IMG/VR virus record: IMGVR_UViG_3300032318_001408
Span: 1-50,574 of that record
DNA: 50,574 nt
Origin: a virus
Lineage: Duplodnaviria; Caudoviricetes
Reading direction: 5' to 3' (one strand)
The position numbers were made by a program, and so were the translations under genes. Position 1 is the stretch's first letter, and every line of letters starts with the position of its first letter. The notes beneath the pieces were generated by a model that did no database searches, was not told where the DNA came from, and worked only from the letters and a program-made list of their open reading frames with translations. This document shows, in pieces, positions 9,823 through 18,968 of the stretch.

Positions 9823-10533
9823 ATGGCACAATCCGTAGGTAATGCTAAAAATATTCTCGTTGGTGCATCTCCGTTGTTCTTGTCAACTATTGACATTAAT
9901 GATGCAGATTATATTGCTAACGCAGAACCAGGCACATTAAGAGCAGCAGGTGCAACATCAAATGGAGTTCCAGCATACTCACCAGGAGTCTCATACTCTA
10001 CTACACTTAATAGCGTAGATCAGACAGCAGGACTATTTGGATACCGTAACGTTGGTTTTACTAACAATGGTCTTCAAATTACATACAACCCAACATTTGA
10101 CTCAGTAACTGTTGATCAGTTGCTTGATACAGCTAAACTGTTCAAGTCTGCAATGGAAGTTATGATTGCAACAGAAATGTCAGAAGGTACTTTGGAAAAC
10201 ATTGTAACAGTATTTGGACAGGCTGCAAGCACATTAGGTGCAGTAACAGGTTCAACAACTACTACAAAGCAAGAACTAGGTATCGCTGGAGGTTCTCTTG
10301 GACAAGCTCCAACAGAGCGTCAATTGATTGCAGTAGGACAGGCTCCAACTGCATCATCAACTCTATCAGAGCGCATTTACTATGCACGTCGTGTTTTGTC
10401 TGTACAACAGTCACAACACTCCCTTGCACGTACTACAGCAACTACATTTCCAGTAACATTCCGTCTTCTTCCAGATGCTAACTACTCTGGATCAGAATAC
10501 GGCAAGATTATTGACCGTGTACTAACAGTATAA
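9823..10533 (+). CDS. major tail (tube) protein
   Basis: NILVGA start, VGFTNNGLQITYNP, VTVDQL, FPVTFRLLPD; AGGAGG SD; followed by terminator and chaperones. Confidence 0.85.
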   Translation: MAQSVGNAKNILVGASPLFLSTIDINDADYIANAEPGTLRAAGATSNGVPAYSPGVSYSTTLNSVDQTAGLFGYRNVGFTNNGLQITYNPTFDSVTVDQLLDTAKLFKSAMEVMIATEMSEGTLENIVTVFGQAASTLGAVTGSTTTTKQELGIAGGSLGQAPTERQLIAVGQAPTASSTLSERIYYARRVLSVQQSQHSLARTTATTFPVTFRLLPDANYSGSEYGKIIDRVLTV

Positions 10534-10550
10534 TTAATTTATTTAATTAT

Positions 10551-10580
10551 AGAATTCCCCCCAGAAATGGGGGGTTTTCT
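10551..10580 (+). terminator. intrinsic terminator after tail tube gene
   Basis: CCCCCCA-GAAA-TGGGGGG stem-loop followed by TTTTCT. Confidence 0.85.
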
Positions 10581-10582
10581 AT

Positions 10583-10611
10583 TTGTATAGATAATATCTA
10601 TATGTTATAAT
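10583..10611 (+). promoter_or_regulatory. promoter TTGTAT-17-TATAAT (extended -10) with internal palindrome
   Basis: -35 10583-10588, TGT TATAAT 10603-10611; TATAGATA-A-TATCTATA at 10586-10602. Confidence 0.65.
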
Positions 10612-10640
10612 AATTAAGACTAGATCCTAGGAGGATTAAA

Positions 10641-10973
10641 TTGGCAACAACAGTATATAGTGTAGAAGAAGTAACACTTCAAAATGGTTCAACAGTTAAG
10701 TTGAAGCCTTTGAGCATTAAAGAGCTAAGAAAATTTATGCTCGTTTTACAAGCAGCAAGCGACTCAACAACAGAAGATCAAACTCTTAATGTATTAATTG
10801 ACGCAGTTGCAGTAGCACTTGAAAAACAACTTCCAGAGTTGGTAGCAGATAGAGATGCATTAGAAGATGCATTAGATGTTCCTACAATCAATCGCATTCT
10901 TGAAGTATGCGGTGGAATTAAGATGGACGACCCAAACCTTCTAGCGGCAGCGGTTCTGGCTGGTCAGAACTAG
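10641..10973 (+). CDS. tail assembly chaperone (lambda G-like)
   Basis: 110 aa, TTG start after AGGAGG, between tail tube and tape measure. Confidence 0.85.
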   Translation: MATTVYSVEEVTLQNGSTVKLKPLSIKELRKFMLVLQAASDSTTEDQTLNVLIDAVAVALEKQLPELVADRDALEDALDVPTINRILEVCGGIKMDDPNLLAAAVLAGQN

Positions 10974-11308
10974 ATTTAGCCGCTTTAGAGGGTGAAGTAT
11001 TTCTTCTGGGTCACTGGAAGAATTACGAAGAACTAGAAGAAAGTCTTTCAATGCCAGAACTTATTCAAACATTGAAATCTTTTAAGAAACAAAAGTCGGA
11101 AGACAGAAAGTTTACGGCAAGTCTTAAAGGAATAGATCTAGATATAGATGAGGAAGACGATAAGGTACAAGGAAAAACCTTTGAAGATATACAAAGAAAA
11201 GCTCTTGGTATAAATGCTTCAGGTGATGATATACTTTCTTTACAAGGAAATGTGGCATCACAAGCAGGGTTTGGAATTGGTGAAGGTCTAGGCTACACAC
11301 AGGAGTAA
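10641..11308 (+). CDS. tail assembly chaperone G-T fusion via -1 frameshift at C CCA AAC (10931-10937)
   Basis: X XXY YYZ heptamer; -1 frame is open from there (PSSGSGSGWSELDLAALEGEVFLLGHW...) into the 11051..11308 ORF. Confidence 0.8.
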
Positions 11309-11319
11309 CATAAATATAA

Positions 11320-14300
11320 ATGGCTGATGAAAATATTGTAACTAACATAGTTGCCAATGCAGATTTTTCAGGTCTTATTGCAGATGTCAATAAGGTCACA
11401 GCCTCTTTAGCAAAACTTCAAGCACAAGTAATTCAATCGGACGCAAGACTTGCAAGCCAAGTTGCTACGATGAACAGATCTTTTGGTGAAAACCTAAGAA
11501 GAACTGGTCAGTTTTCAACCCACTTTGTTACCTTAACATCGGATGTTGAGAAGTTTGGTACCAACCTAGACAAGGGCCAAATGAAACTGAAGCAATATTT
11601 TCAGACATTTCAACAACATACAAAAACACAAGGCGGATTAATTAGAGACCTTGCTAAACAGCAAGTAGCATTACAAAATGCAATCATACAGCCAATGGGC
11701 AAAAATGCTCAAGGGCTTATGCAATATAGCGTACATATTCCACAAGGTCTTGATGCAATAAAAAACAAGACTGCTATTGCTAGACAAGAACTTCAAATAA
11801 TGAATAAGGTTGTTCAAGATGGTGGAGTTCAACTTATTAACTGGGGTAAAAATACACAGTGGGCTGGACGCCAGTTAACAGTAGGACTAACCGTACCACT
11901 TGCAGCGTTTGGAGCAGCAGCATCAAAAGCATTTAGAGAAGCAGATGCAGAGCTTGTAAGACTTACAAAGGTTTATGGTGGAGTTGCAGCAACATCAGCA
12001 GCAGAGCTTGGAAAAATAAGAGATGAAGTTACTGCAACTGCAAAAGAAATTTCAAAAGCATACGGAGTATCATTTAAAGATACTATCACTCTTGCGGCAG
12101 ATATTGCGGCCACAGGTAAGCAGGGAAACGATCTTCTTAATTCTGTTAAAGAAACAAGCAGACTTGCCGTACTTGGAGAAGTAGATAGACAAGAAGCAAT
12201 GAAGGCCACCCTGGCAATTCAAACAACATTTAAACAAAATACTGAACAGCTTTCAGAATCTATTAACTTTTTAAACTCTGTTGAAAACCAGACATCAACA
12301 AGTCTTGCAGATTTAATTGAAGCTATACCAAAAGCGGGTCCAGTTATTCAAGGAATGGGCGGAAGCGTAAAAGACTTAGCTCTTTATATGACAGCAATGA
12401 AGGAAGGCGGAATTAATGCTTCAGAAGGAGCAAACGCTCTTAAGTCGGCTCTTGCATCATTAATTAATCCTACTAAAGTAGCAAAAGAAAAGTTTTCTGA
12501 AATGGGAATTGACCTAGGTGGAATTGTAACAAACAATGCTGGTAATTTAACAGCAACAATCTTAGAACTACAAAAAGCATTAGACACCTTAGATCCACTA
12601 CAAAAGCAACAGGCAATTGAACAACTTTTTGGAAAGTTTCAGTTTGCTAGACTAAATGCTTTATTTTCAAACTTAGGAAAGCAAGGAAGCCAGACTCTAC
12701 AAGTTATGGACTTGATGAAAACAAGTTCACAGGAATTAGCAGGCGTAGCAGGGCGAGAATTAACTATGGTAACAGAGTCAGCCTCTGGCCAATATAGAAG
12801 AGCAATCGAAGGACTCAAAGCAGATTTGGCTAGCTTAGGAGAAGAGTTTTTAAAGGTTCAAACATTTTTTGTTAATGTTACAGGAGGAATTTTAAAATTT
12901 GTTGATAGCCTCCCAGGTCCAGTTAAAACAATTTTAACATTTGTTACAGGCCTTACAGCAGTAATCGGACCACTTATCATGTTGACTGGTGTGCTTGCTA
13001 ACTTCTTTGGTTATATTATTAAAGGAGCCTCGCATTTTAAATCATTATTTAAAGGCGGAGAAGGCTGGAAAATGCTTACGCCAGAAATTTTGGCAGCACA
13101 AAAAGCAGGCTCTCTTGTTGAAACAACATTTTATAATGACGCTAAAGCAGCAACAGTATTAAAAACAGCAATTTCAGGACTTGTAACAGAATTTGAATTA
13201 CTGCAAAATAAAGCAAATGCTGGAGCGATATCAATAGCACCAACTCTTTCAACAATGGCTGGCAACATAGTTACTTCTGGCGGAGGAAGAGTTGTTAATC
13301 CAAATCATCCATTAATTAGTCCTGAAGATACAAGATCAATGTCACATTTAAATCCAGTAGCTGGAATGACGGCGGATCAAAAAGCTGCACAAACAATTTT
13401 TGGAGTAGTACCAGGCGCACCAAAGGTTAATCAAAAAATTGGTAATAACCCACAGATTTATATGTCTGGTGATCTTCCAAAGATTCCAGGTCTTACATCA
13501 ATAGGTGGAGCATCAACAGGAATTGTAGCAGAAGAAGCAGCAAAATGGCATGCAATGACGGGCGCACTTGCAATGCAATCACAATCAGAAATTGCGTTAT
13601 TGAAAAAAGAGGTTGCAACGACTGGTCTTATAACAGCAGAGCTATCTGATTCATATCAAGCACTGCTTCCTACAATGACTAAGCTTACTTCAAATGCGGC
13701 GGCAGAATCAGCAGCAATTGTTGCACAACTACAGGCTGGTAAAATAACAGTAGATCAAGCAAGAGTAAAGATTATTCAGTTAAATGCACAGATAGAATCT
13801 ATGATTGCACAAGCATCAGTAGACATTGCAGGACAGCAAGGAAGATCAATTGGACTAACAACAGTTCCATTATTAAATCAACCAGTTGTTAATAATGCTG
13901 GTAAATCTAATATGAAAGAACTTGCTCGTCCAGGAAGAACAAGAGATCTTCTGAATAAAATTGCACGTGGATTAGGTGTAAAAACATTTGGCGCTGGCTA
14001 TAGCACAGAAACAACAATTCCTAGAAGATTAAATTCAGGTGGATACATATATACTGCAAATGATGGCAGCATTGTTCCTGGACCAAATGTAGATGCCGAT
14101 GTTGTTCCAGCAATGCTTACGCCAGGAGAATTTGTTGTTAATGCAAAATCAACTAAAGAAAATCTTCCACTACTTCAAGCAATAAATGGTGGGTCTGGTT
14201 CTTCTGGAATGAATAAAAATGATGGAGGACAAGCTAGTGCATGGCTTGTAGGACAAAATCAAGATATTGCAGTTCCAAGGTTAAGCGATTTAACCCCAGA

Positions 14301-17300
14301 AGAAATGAAAATGCTAGATCCTAGTTTTAGGGGAAAGTCTTCAGGATATAGAGTTAAAGGAACTTCTGGATTGTATATTGGAGACATTAGTGACCCAGCA
14401 ATACTTAAAAAGTATCCAAATTTAGTAAATAAAAATACTGGAACAATTACAGTTGAAATGATGAATAAGGCTCTTGAGGCAAGCGCTCCAGGAAATAGAT
14501 TACCTATTGAAGTTATGCAAGCTGGAATAGCTGCACGGTCTGGCAAGTTTAGAAGCTCTACAGAGCAAGCTCTTCATGCAATGGCAGATAGTGGAATTAT
14601 TACAAGAACAGATGCGACAAGATTATCAGATGACATTCATTCAAGATATGCAGCTTTTCCAGCATCTACAAGATTAAGTGATGCAGATAATCCATTCTGG
14701 AAGATATCTAACTCTTACATTAAAAGAGGTTTAAGCGGAAACCCAGATGCTCTTGCGGTATGGGATGATTTTTCTCAAGATATTGGAGTTCATACAAATA
14801 CAAAAAGAAGAAGCACAACAGCTAGATCTTTATCATATAAAACTCCTTCAGGTGTACAGGTAAATGTTGGTAGATTGCAAGGAACTGGCGGAGACCTTAT
14901 GGCACATGCTACTAATCCAAAACCTTTATTAAATAGAATTATGAGTGCTGGAATTACATCAATGAGTTCTAGATTTGTTTCTAAAGGTTGGGCATCGACA
15001 AGAAAAAGAAATTCTGGCGGAATGATCCAAGGATACAACCGTGGTGGAAAAGTTGCAGCAGCTTTACAAGTCCTATCACATTCTCCAATTAATAAATTAT
15101 CACAGTTAAGAAATTATCTTAAAGCCCGTAGTATGGTTAAGCAAGGAATGTATCACGGATCATATGGAGAAAATACTCCAGCACTTGAAGGTAAAAATGT
15201 TTTAGATTCCGCTATGTCAAGAGATAAGTTCCATGGAATGGGATTCTATAGTACTTCCAGCCCAAGAGAAGCAGAAAGATATGCTGATGGATATAACACC
15301 ACAATGGATGGTGGCTATGGAACTGTAAATCAGATAATGAATCTTCCTAGAGGACAGTATATTGATTTTAGAAAAAAGAATTTAAAGTCGCAAAACATAC
15401 AGCTCTATAAAGCGCTTGGCGGAAAAGATTATAAATATGCTGGAGAAGACCTAGGCCCAATATTAAGACAGCTTGGAATTAAAGGTGCAATAATGCCTAG
15501 AATTTCTGCTGGAAAAACTGGAAGCAAAGAACAAGATTTAGCTGAATGGTTATCATGGGCAGATCCATCTGGTGTTGTCACAAAACAACTTTTAGGTAAA
15601 CTTCCTGAAGGAAGAATTCCTGGAAGAGCAAATGGCGGACCAGTTACTGCAGGTCAACCTTACATGGTTGGAGAAAGAGGGCCAGAGCTATTTGTTCCTA
15701 GAAATTCTGGTGGCATAATTCCATCAATGCAATATTTTAATCAAGGTTCAGATGGTCCAGTAGGATTTAAAGCAGGGTTCCAGTCTCAAACGTCTAGAGG
15801 GTATCTAGGCAAAGGCTTAATGAGTAGACCAGAGGGTGGCGGTCTTGGAATGCCTGCTCAAATGGGAATCATGATGGGTGGAACAATGGCTGGCCAACAA
15901 GTTGGTGGCGGTGCAGGAATGGCAATTACCACTGCAGCAAGTATTCTTCCATGGCTACCATTTCAAAAAATATTACCATTATTAAAATCTGCAAACACAG
16001 GTGCGGGACTACTTAAAACTGGATTAACTTTAGCTGGAAAAGCAGCAGGATTGTTGACAAGACTTCTTCCAGGAGCGGCAATAGTCGGAACGATATACCT
16101 TGCAATAAAAGCATATCAGTCGTGGAGAAAATCAATTGAAGAAACACGCAGAGAACATATCATGCTTAACGGTATTACCGAAAAGGGTGCCGAAGAAGCT
16201 GGAATAAGTTATAAGAATGTTGGAAACTCTATTAAAGATGTTAGAGAGCAATTAAAGCTTCAAAAAGAAGCTGGGTTATCTGCATATGACTCTATGACTC
16301 CTTCAGGGGTACAAGGATTAACATTAACAATTGCTCAGTTAAAAGAATTAAAAAAGACAGCAAAAGAAACAATGCCAGAATTAGTTGGAACATTTAATAG
16401 TATTGATTCTTCTAAGGTTAACGATCTTGCATCTAATCTAAAGGCACAATTTGTTTCTGCTGGCATGAGTGTGCAAGATGCAACAAATAAAATTTATGCA
16501 ATGATTGAGGCCTCTAATAAAGCGGGACAGGGATTTGGTGCTATTGCATCATCAGGATTTAAAGCAATTCAAGATAGATCTTCAGCTGCAACCGCAATAG
16601 TAAACACTCTTTTAGCAAGTCTTAAAGAAATTGATACAGTTGATTCTAAAGCATTTGCTTCAAATATAGATACTGTAATATCTAGTCTTGATTCTGCTGC
16701 CACCGCTTTAGTAGGAACAAAAGATGCACAGAACAAAACGATAACAGAGACAGATGCTTTAATTGCTCAATTTGAAAAGTTAAATTCTTTAGGCGCAAAT
16801 AGAGAAAAAATAGGTCAAAAGGGATTAGAAAACTTAAAGAAAGAAAGGCCAGAACTTGCTGCAATTCTTAAGAGTTCAGACAGTGTTGCTGGAATGTATG
16901 CAAAATGGCGTGTTCTGCTTGCTGGAGTAAATATAGATTTAAAGAATATAACATCTGAACAAGCAATAGGAATTGCAGCATATCAAACTGCATTAAACAT
17001 GGCAGCATCTGCAGCAACTGCAAATAAAAATGTAAAGGGAGAGTTAGGAACAGCAAATGCTGCAACTAAGAAATTAACAGACAGCATTAAAGCAGGAGAG
17101 AATGCAATAAAGAGTGCTTCAAAAACAGAAGCTGGATATAGCAAGGCTAGAATTAAAGCAATTCAAGATGAAATTAAAGCAATTAGAGATCGTGCCGATG
17201 CAAAGAAAAAAGCTTTACAAGATTCAGTAGATGCAGAAAATACAGAATTAGAATTTAGTAAACTACAGCTAGAAGCGCAGTCAGCTTTAGCCCGTGGTGA

Positions 17301-18498
17301 TAAGGATGCTTATCATGCTGCAAACTTAGCTATAGAGCAATTAACTAAACAAACTCAATTAAAAAAGGCAGCAGATAAAATTGATGAAAATGCTAAAAGA
17401 GAAATAGATGCTAAGCAAAAACTTCTTGATGCAGATCAGGCAAAAAAGGATAAGCAGCAAGAATCTATTGCTAAATATACTAATAACGCTCAAACTAATG
17501 CAGAAACATTAAATCAAATTAATGATATAAAATCAGCTCTTGCACAACTAGCAATTGATCAAATTGAAAATAATGCATTAAAAGACCCTGCTAAAAAAGC
17601 AGAAGGACAAAAAGCCATAGACGGAAGATTACAGACAATTGTAGCTGGACTTGAAAAGGCATCAGATGCCGTTCAAAAAGCTTTCCCAGACTATGTAGAC
17701 GCAAAAACAAATAAAGGGATTCCTACAAGCACAAAGATTTACGGTCTTCCAGGTGGGCCTGGGACTAGTGTTTCAACTGGCGCAGGTGGAGAATTCCAGA
17801 AGCTTGTTGCAGAAATACAGGGTGGAGCCAAGGCAAACTTTATAGCAATGGCTGATAGCATTAAAGGCGGATCAACTTTATCAGATGTTGTTAGAGCAAT
17901 GGGCGGAACAGTTAATAAGAGCAAAACTCTCAAGCAAGAAGATGTTACTGCTGCAATCATAGCTAATCAGGGCAAGTCCTCTGGATTTTTAAAAGATCAG
18001 ACAAAAGATGATAAATCACTTGAAGATGGTGTCAGACAAGCAATTATACAAAAATACGGATTTAAAGATGGAGATTCATTTACTTTTGAAGGAATAACAT
18101 ATAATGTTAAGCCAGGAATGTTTGGAAAAGGTTTACAAGCAGTAAGAGTTGCAAGAGCACTGGGAGGACCAGTATCCGCTGGACAAACTTATACTATAAA
18201 TGATAGAATTAACTCATTGGGTGCACAGCAAGAAGGCTTTATGCCATTTACTCCAAAGGTAAGTGGAATGGTTTATCCAAATGCAGATACAATGCCTAGA
18301 TATAATATTGCAAGCGGTGCTATAACAGGAATGCGTGGCGGAGCAAATAGTTCTTCTAGCAATAATACTTATTCTATTAATATTGAATTAAATGGTACTA
18401 ATGTTACCGCAGATGATGTAATTAGAAGATTTAAGCAAGAACTTGCATTGGTTAATGCAAAAGAAGGAATATCTAGATCTGTAGGAGGATCAATATAA
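11320..18498 (+). CDS. tape measure protein with internal cargo domains
   Basis: 2392 aa after chaperones; TP901-type TMP core (GLTVPL...F, ENQTSTSL, EGGINASEGANALKS), hydrophobic segments, long coiled coils. Confidence 0.93.
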   Translation: MADENIVTNIVANADFSGLIADVNKVTASLAKLQAQVIQSDARLASQVATMNRSFGENLRRTGQFSTHFVTLTSDVEKFGTNLDKGQMKLKQYFQTFQQHTKTQGGLIRDLAKQQVALQNAIIQPMGKNAQGLMQYSVHIPQGLDAIKNKTAIARQELQIMNKVVQDGGVQLINWGKNTQWAGRQLTVGLTVPLAAFGAAASKAFREADAELVRLTKVYGGVAATSAAELGKIRDEVTATAKEISKAYGVSFKDTITLAADIAATGKQGNDLLNSVKETSRLAVLGEVDRQEAMKATLAIQTTFKQNTEQLSESINFLNSVENQTSTSLADLIEAIPKAGPVIQGMGGSVKDLALYMTAMKEGGINASEGANALKSALASLINPTKVAKEKFSEMGIDLGGIVTNNAGNLTATILELQKALDTLDPLQKQQAIEQLFGKFQFARLNALFSNLGKQGSQTLQVMDLMKTSSQELAGVAGRELTMVTESASGQYRRAIEGLKADLASLGEEFLKVQTFFVNVTGGILKFVDSLPGPVKTILTFVTGLTAVIGPLIMLTGVLANFFGYIIKGASHFKSLFKGGEGWKMLTPEILAAQKAGSLVETTFYNDAKAATVLKTAISGLVTEFELLQNKANAGAISIAPTLSTMAGNIVTSGGGRVVNPNHPLISPEDTRSMSHLNPVAGMTADQKAAQTIFGVVPGAPKVNQKIGNNPQIYMSGDLPKIPGLTSIGGASTGIVAEEAAKWHAMTGALAMQSQSEIALLKKEVATTGLITAELSDSYQALLPTMTKLTSNAAAESAAIVAQLQAGKITVDQARVKIIQLNAQIESMIAQASVDIAGQQGRSIGLTTVPLLNQPVVNNAGKSNMKELARPGRTRDLLNKIARGLGVKTFGAGYSTETTIPRRLNSGGYIYTANDGSIVPGPNVDADVVPAMLTPGEFVVNAKSTKENLPLLQAINGGSGSSGMNKNDGGQASAWLVGQNQDIAVPRLSDLTPEEMKMLDPSFRGKSSGYRVKGTSGLYIGDISDPAILKKYPNLVNKNTGTITVEMMNKALEASAPGNRLPIEVMQAGIAARSGKFRSSTEQALHAMADSGIITRTDATRLSDDIHSRYAAFPASTRLSDADNPFWKISNSYIKRGLSGNPDALAVWDDFSQDIGVHTNTKRRSTTARSLSYKTPSGVQVNVGRLQGTGGDLMAHATNPKPLLNRIMSAGITSMSSRFVSKGWASTRKRNSGGMIQGYNRGGKVAAALQVLSHSPINKLSQLRNYLKARSMVKQGMYHGSYGENTPALEGKNVLDSAMSRDKFHGMGFYSTSSPREAERYADGYNTTMDGGYGTVNQIMNLPRGQYIDFRKKNLKSQNIQLYKALGGKDYKYAGEDLGPILRQLGIKGAIMPRISAGKTGSKEQDLAEWLSWADPSGVVTKQLLGKLPEGRIPGRANGGPVTAGQPYMVGERGPELFVPRNSGGIIPSMQYFNQGSDGPVGFKAGFQSQTSRGYLGKGLMSRPEGGGLGMPAQMGIMMGGTMAGQQVGGGAGMAITTAASILPWLPFQKILPLLKSANTGAGLLKTGLTLAGKAAGLLTRLLPGAAIVGTIYLAIKAYQSWRKSIEETRREHIMLNGITEKGAEEAGISYKNVGNSIKDVREQLKLQKEAGLSAYDSMTPSGVQGLTLTIAQLKELKKTAKETMPELVGTFNSIDSSKVNDLASNLKAQFVSAGMSVQDATNKIYAMIEASNKAGQGFGAIASSGFKAIQDRSSAATAIVNTLLASLKEIDTVDSKAFASNIDTVISSLDSAATALVGTKDAQNKTITETDALIAQFEKLNSLGANREKIGQKGLENLKKERPELAAILKSSDSVAGMYAKWRVLLAGVNIDLKNITSEQAIGIAAYQTALNMAASAATANKNVKGELGTANAATKKLTDSIKAGENAIKSASKTEAGYSKARIKAIQDEIKAIRDRADAKKKALQDSVDAENTELEFSKLQLEAQSALARGDKDAYHAANLAIEQLTKQTQLKKAADKIDENAKREIDAKQKLLDADQAKKDKQQESIAKYTNNAQTNAETLNQINDIKSALAQLAIDQIENNALKDPAKKAEGQKAIDGRLQTIVAGLEKASDAVQKAFPDYVDAKTNKGIPTSTKIYGLPGGPGTSVSTGAGGEFQKLVAEIQGGAKANFIAMADSIKGGSTLSDVVRAMGGTVNKSKTLKQEDVTAAIIANQGKSSGFLKDQTKDDKSLEDGVRQAIIQKYGFKDGDSFTFEGITYNVKPGMFGKGLQAVRVARALGGPVSAGQTYTINDRINSLGAQQEGFMPFTPKVSGMVYPNADTMPRYNIASGAITGMRGGANSSSSNNTYSINIELNGTNVTADDVIRRFKQELALVNAKEGISRSVGGSI
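15133..15600 (+). other. PARP-like (H-Y-E class) ADP-ribosyltransferase domain inside the tape measure protein
   Basis: MYHGS...FHGMGFYSTSSPREAERYA...GTV...LGIKG...AEWLSW. Confidence 0.7.
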
Positions 18499-18968
18499 TG
18501 CCAATTTCATTACCAAGAGGATCAATCTTTAGCATAGAGGCTAAAGATCTTCTTGCTACTCCTGCAGGCACTACAAAGATTTGGAATAAAGTTACTGAGC
18601 ATAATAGAAGTGAATTTAATATAGATGTTGAAAGAATTGAAAAAGTTGTTAGAACTTCAAACGGCACACTAAGAAAGAATTTTATAGCAGATAAAAGAAA
18701 GTTTTCAACATCATGGAACATGTTGCCATCATATAGAACACTAACTGTAGATGAGGCATGGGGAGCAGAAGACCTAAGATCTTTTTATTTAGGAGATGAA
18801 GGGCAGACTAGTTTTAAAATTAGACTCAACCTAGCTAAAAATGGATCTTCTCAAGAATCATCAGGATATGAAGAATATACTGTTGTTATTACTGATTGCA
18901 GTTTTGCAATAGCCAAGCGTGGCTTACAGCCACACTGGAATGTTTCTTTGAGCATGGATGAAGTATAA
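18498..18968 (+). CDS. minor tail protein (distal tail-like by position)
   Basis: 156 aa TAATG-coupled to TMP; RTSNGTLRK motif. Confidence 0.65.
   Translation: MPISLPRGSIFSIEAKDLLATPAGTTKIWNKVTEHNRSEFNIDVERIEKVVRTSNGTLRKNFIADKRKFSTSWNMLPSYRTLTVDEAWGAEDLRSFYLGDEGQTSFKIRLNLAKNGSSQESSGYEEYTVVITDCSFAIAKRGLQPHWNVSLSMDEV

Noticed and set aside
11051-11308. Independent 85-aa gene
   Set aside because: No SD; better explained as the -1 frame part of the chaperone fusion
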